This document shows, one piece after another, positions 61,501-64,000 of a DNA stretch of 64,000 bases. Under the pieces are notes generated by a model. The model had not been told where the DNA came from. It saw nothing but the letters and a program-made list of their open reading frames with translations, and did not search any database. A program made the position numbers and the translations under genes. Positions within the stretch are counted from its first letter, which is position 1; the number at the start of each line of letters is the position of its first letter. The stretch lies in the NCBI RefSeq assembly GCF_030028105.1, contig NC_092391.1:15597223-15661222 (forward strand). Reading direction: 5' to 3'. This DNA is from Mobula birostris (lineage: Eukaryota).

Positions 61501-62809
61501 GGCAGGCTTTCACTTATAACTGGTAGATACCACTATGGGTCTCAGTTATTCTAACCAGAATGATAAACTCACCCTTTTTAATTCCTTGCTCAGCAATTGG
61601 TACAAGTCCTTTAACAAGAAATAAAAGCACGATTTCTAAGGTGGGTTAGAATCCACTAATAACGTTGCAAATGTACTTGTCTCAGTTACTAGAGCTAAAG
61701 GCTATGTTCACTAAAGATAACTAATACTAAAAAAAGGTGGAAACACTAGTAACTATGCAGAGGAAACTTTGATTCCAAAATAACTAGTGATAACAAATAG
61801 TTAGATTTAAAATCAGAGTTGCTTAAGATTATAATAACTGTTAACTGTTGTTCTATGCTAACTATTACTAGTTAGTAATTTTGGTCTATGCTAACTAATA
61901 CTAATTATTAATGACCCATGTGGAAGACTTACTCTTCTTGGCCCCTGTATCGAGACGAGGAATGATTTCTCCTTTCAATGAAGCAGAACAGAGGCAGATT
62001 GATGAACAATTTTGAGGAAAATTCAGCTCTCGAGTCTTCTGATAACTGCTATTTACACACTTAATTGTGGAGAATTCTCGAAGGTAGGTTGTGCTATTGA
62101 TGAGAAATGAAGGAATATGGTTCAGCACAGGGAATACACTAAGCATCATGGACAGGGAATGGACAGCAGGAAGTTGAGTTCCTTGATGAATACTGTTCCA
62201 AGAAAATTGATGGTTTTAGTGGCCAATTTGACTAGTGAATTGATCAGTGCTCCTTCTGGTGAATCTACTGGTGGACTAATACAAATGAGAGTATCCATAG
62301 GCTTAGTTACTATTTCTGTTTTGACACTGCCATTAATTCTTTCCTTTCTGCAGGAATCTGGGAATGAAATCCAACTGATTTCTTTTAAAAATAGCCTTAT
62401 TGACAGGCTGTTTCCCAACTGTCACCAGTATCATGAGAATATAAGGAAAAGGAGCAGGAATGGGCTACTTAGCCCTTCAACTCTGTTTTGCTTTTGAATA
62501 AGATTATGAATGATTCAATCTTGACCTCAGGATTACATACGCCCCATTACCCACAAATCAAGCCATTTCACTGGTACCCAGAGCTTTCACTATCTTATCC
62601 GTCCAGACACAAACTATTAAATTACCTTTATTTTTTTTATTTTTCAATTCTTTAACACCTTTCCTTACTTCCAAAAAAAATGTCAAGGTTTGTGCCTGTC
62701 CTTCTAAAGTTTTGCTCTTTATTCTTCCTTTGATCTTAAATTTATGTTCCTTTGTCTTACTTGCTCTATTGAAAATTTACTTATCAAACAAACTCTCCCT
62801 TCAGGATTT

Positions 62810-63105
62810 TGTGTGTGTGTGTGTGTGTGCGCGCGTGCGTGCGCGTGCGTGCACACCCTTAACTCCTGGTGGAGTCGTCAGGGCGCCATCATGACAAGCT
62901 TTATTTTTCCTCATCGTATGGTGTGTCTTGGCCATCTGAAACCTGGCGAAACCATCCCTCTCCTTGTTTTTTTTTTAACAAGGTCGAGTTGTTAGTTTGA
63001 CGCTCAACCCAGGCATGGATGGAAAGCATGCAAGGGAGCTGGCCAGATTCGAACTCAGGACCTCTCGCCCCGAAGTCCAGCGCTGATGCCACTATGCCAC
63101 CAGCC
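62810..63105 (-). mobile_element. tRNA-derived SINE with (CA)/(CG) microsatellite tail
   Basis: A box TGGCATAGTGG and B box GTTCGAATC; alternating purine-pyrimidine tract at about 62810-62856. Confidence 0.75.
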
Positions 63106-63414
63106 AGTTTATCTTAATCCAGGAAAACAATTCCGTTTCACTGGTCTCCCTTCAATGCCCTGATGACATCATATTTAATTCATACTCCACATCCTTCTTA
63201 AAGTAACCTTACTCAAAACAGGCAGCAACATTCTATCATCTACATGAGTTCAGCATTCCTTCCTTCTTTTAGGCAATCACTATTTTTAACCATGGCTTTA
63301 TGAATGTACTGTAGCTTTTGATATTTGATATCCCCAAATACGTCTGGTTGTGTCCTTTTACAATTTTAATTTTGAGTGTATGTTTCATCTGAATTAGTTT
63401 TCCCTGCAAATTCT

Positions 63415-63640
63415 AGGACCATAAGACCATAAGACATAGGAACAGAATTAGGCCATTCAGTCCATCAAGTCTGCTCTGCCACTCCATCTTCCCTCTCAAC
63501 CCCATTCTCCTGCCTTCTCCCCGCAACTTTTGATGCCCCAACTAATCAAGAATCTATCAACCTCCTTTTTAAGTATACCCACTGACTTGGCCTCTACGGC
63601 TGTCTGTGGCAATGAATTCCACAGATCCACCATCCTCTGG
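63415..63640 (-). mobile_element. CR1 3' UTR fragment
   Basis: (ACCATAAG)n reverse tail and cagaattaggccattc. Confidence 0.75.
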
Positions 63641-64000
63641 AAAACTTCAGGAATCAAAGCACAAAATTCTGGGAAAAGTTCTGCAAGTCAGGCAGCATCT
63701 GTGAGAAAAGAAACAGTTAAAGTTTTGGGTTCGTGGGCCATCAGCAGTAAGAAAAGCCCACATTTAGGGGATCAGACCCAAAACATGAACTATTTCTCTT
63801 TTCGCAGATGCTGCCTGACCTGCTGAGATCGCCCAGCGTCTTCTGATTTTATCTCAGATTCCCAGCGTCTGCATATTTTGTTTTGATTTTCAATCAGGAT
63901 TCTCTGCAATAAATTTAATCTGGTCCCCATATACCTAACTTATTACCCTATTTAATGCTCCTGAACTCACTTAATACTCTTCATAGTTTTGTACACTTTT

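Noticed and set aside
1-64000. CRISPR arrays, retrons, prokaryotic defence operons, endogenous viral genes
   Set aside because: No repeat-spacer arrays, operons or viral motifs were seen. All RT fragments are of eukaryotic non-LTR type and the DNA contains spliceosomal introns.

Overview
Eukaryotic, repeat-rich vertebrate DNA; the repeat families (CR1 with SGNH-esterase ORF1, HE1/V-type SINEs, palindromic Penelope derivatives) suggest a cartilaginous fish, probably a ray (inference). The only confident host gene is the 3' end of a netrin-G2-like gene (NTNG2) on the minus strand: three spliced coding exons (49634-49467, 43691-43557, 40881-40661) encoding laminin-EGF repeats, an EGF module and a GPI-anchor signal. 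Two of these exons are absent from the ORF track. Almost all other ORFs are decayed retrotransposon (CR1, L1, Rex-Babar, RTE, Penelope) or Tc1 fragments, often nested. No new biological system is proven. The best leads are minimal hammerhead-ribozyme motifs in Penelope-derived repeats, a frameshifted cassette-exon candidate in the NTNG2 variable region, inverted CR1 pairs around both symmetric NTNG2 exons, and a chain of exon-like minus-strand segments downstream of NTNG2. Repeat boundaries were read by eye and are approximate unless a TSD is quoted.
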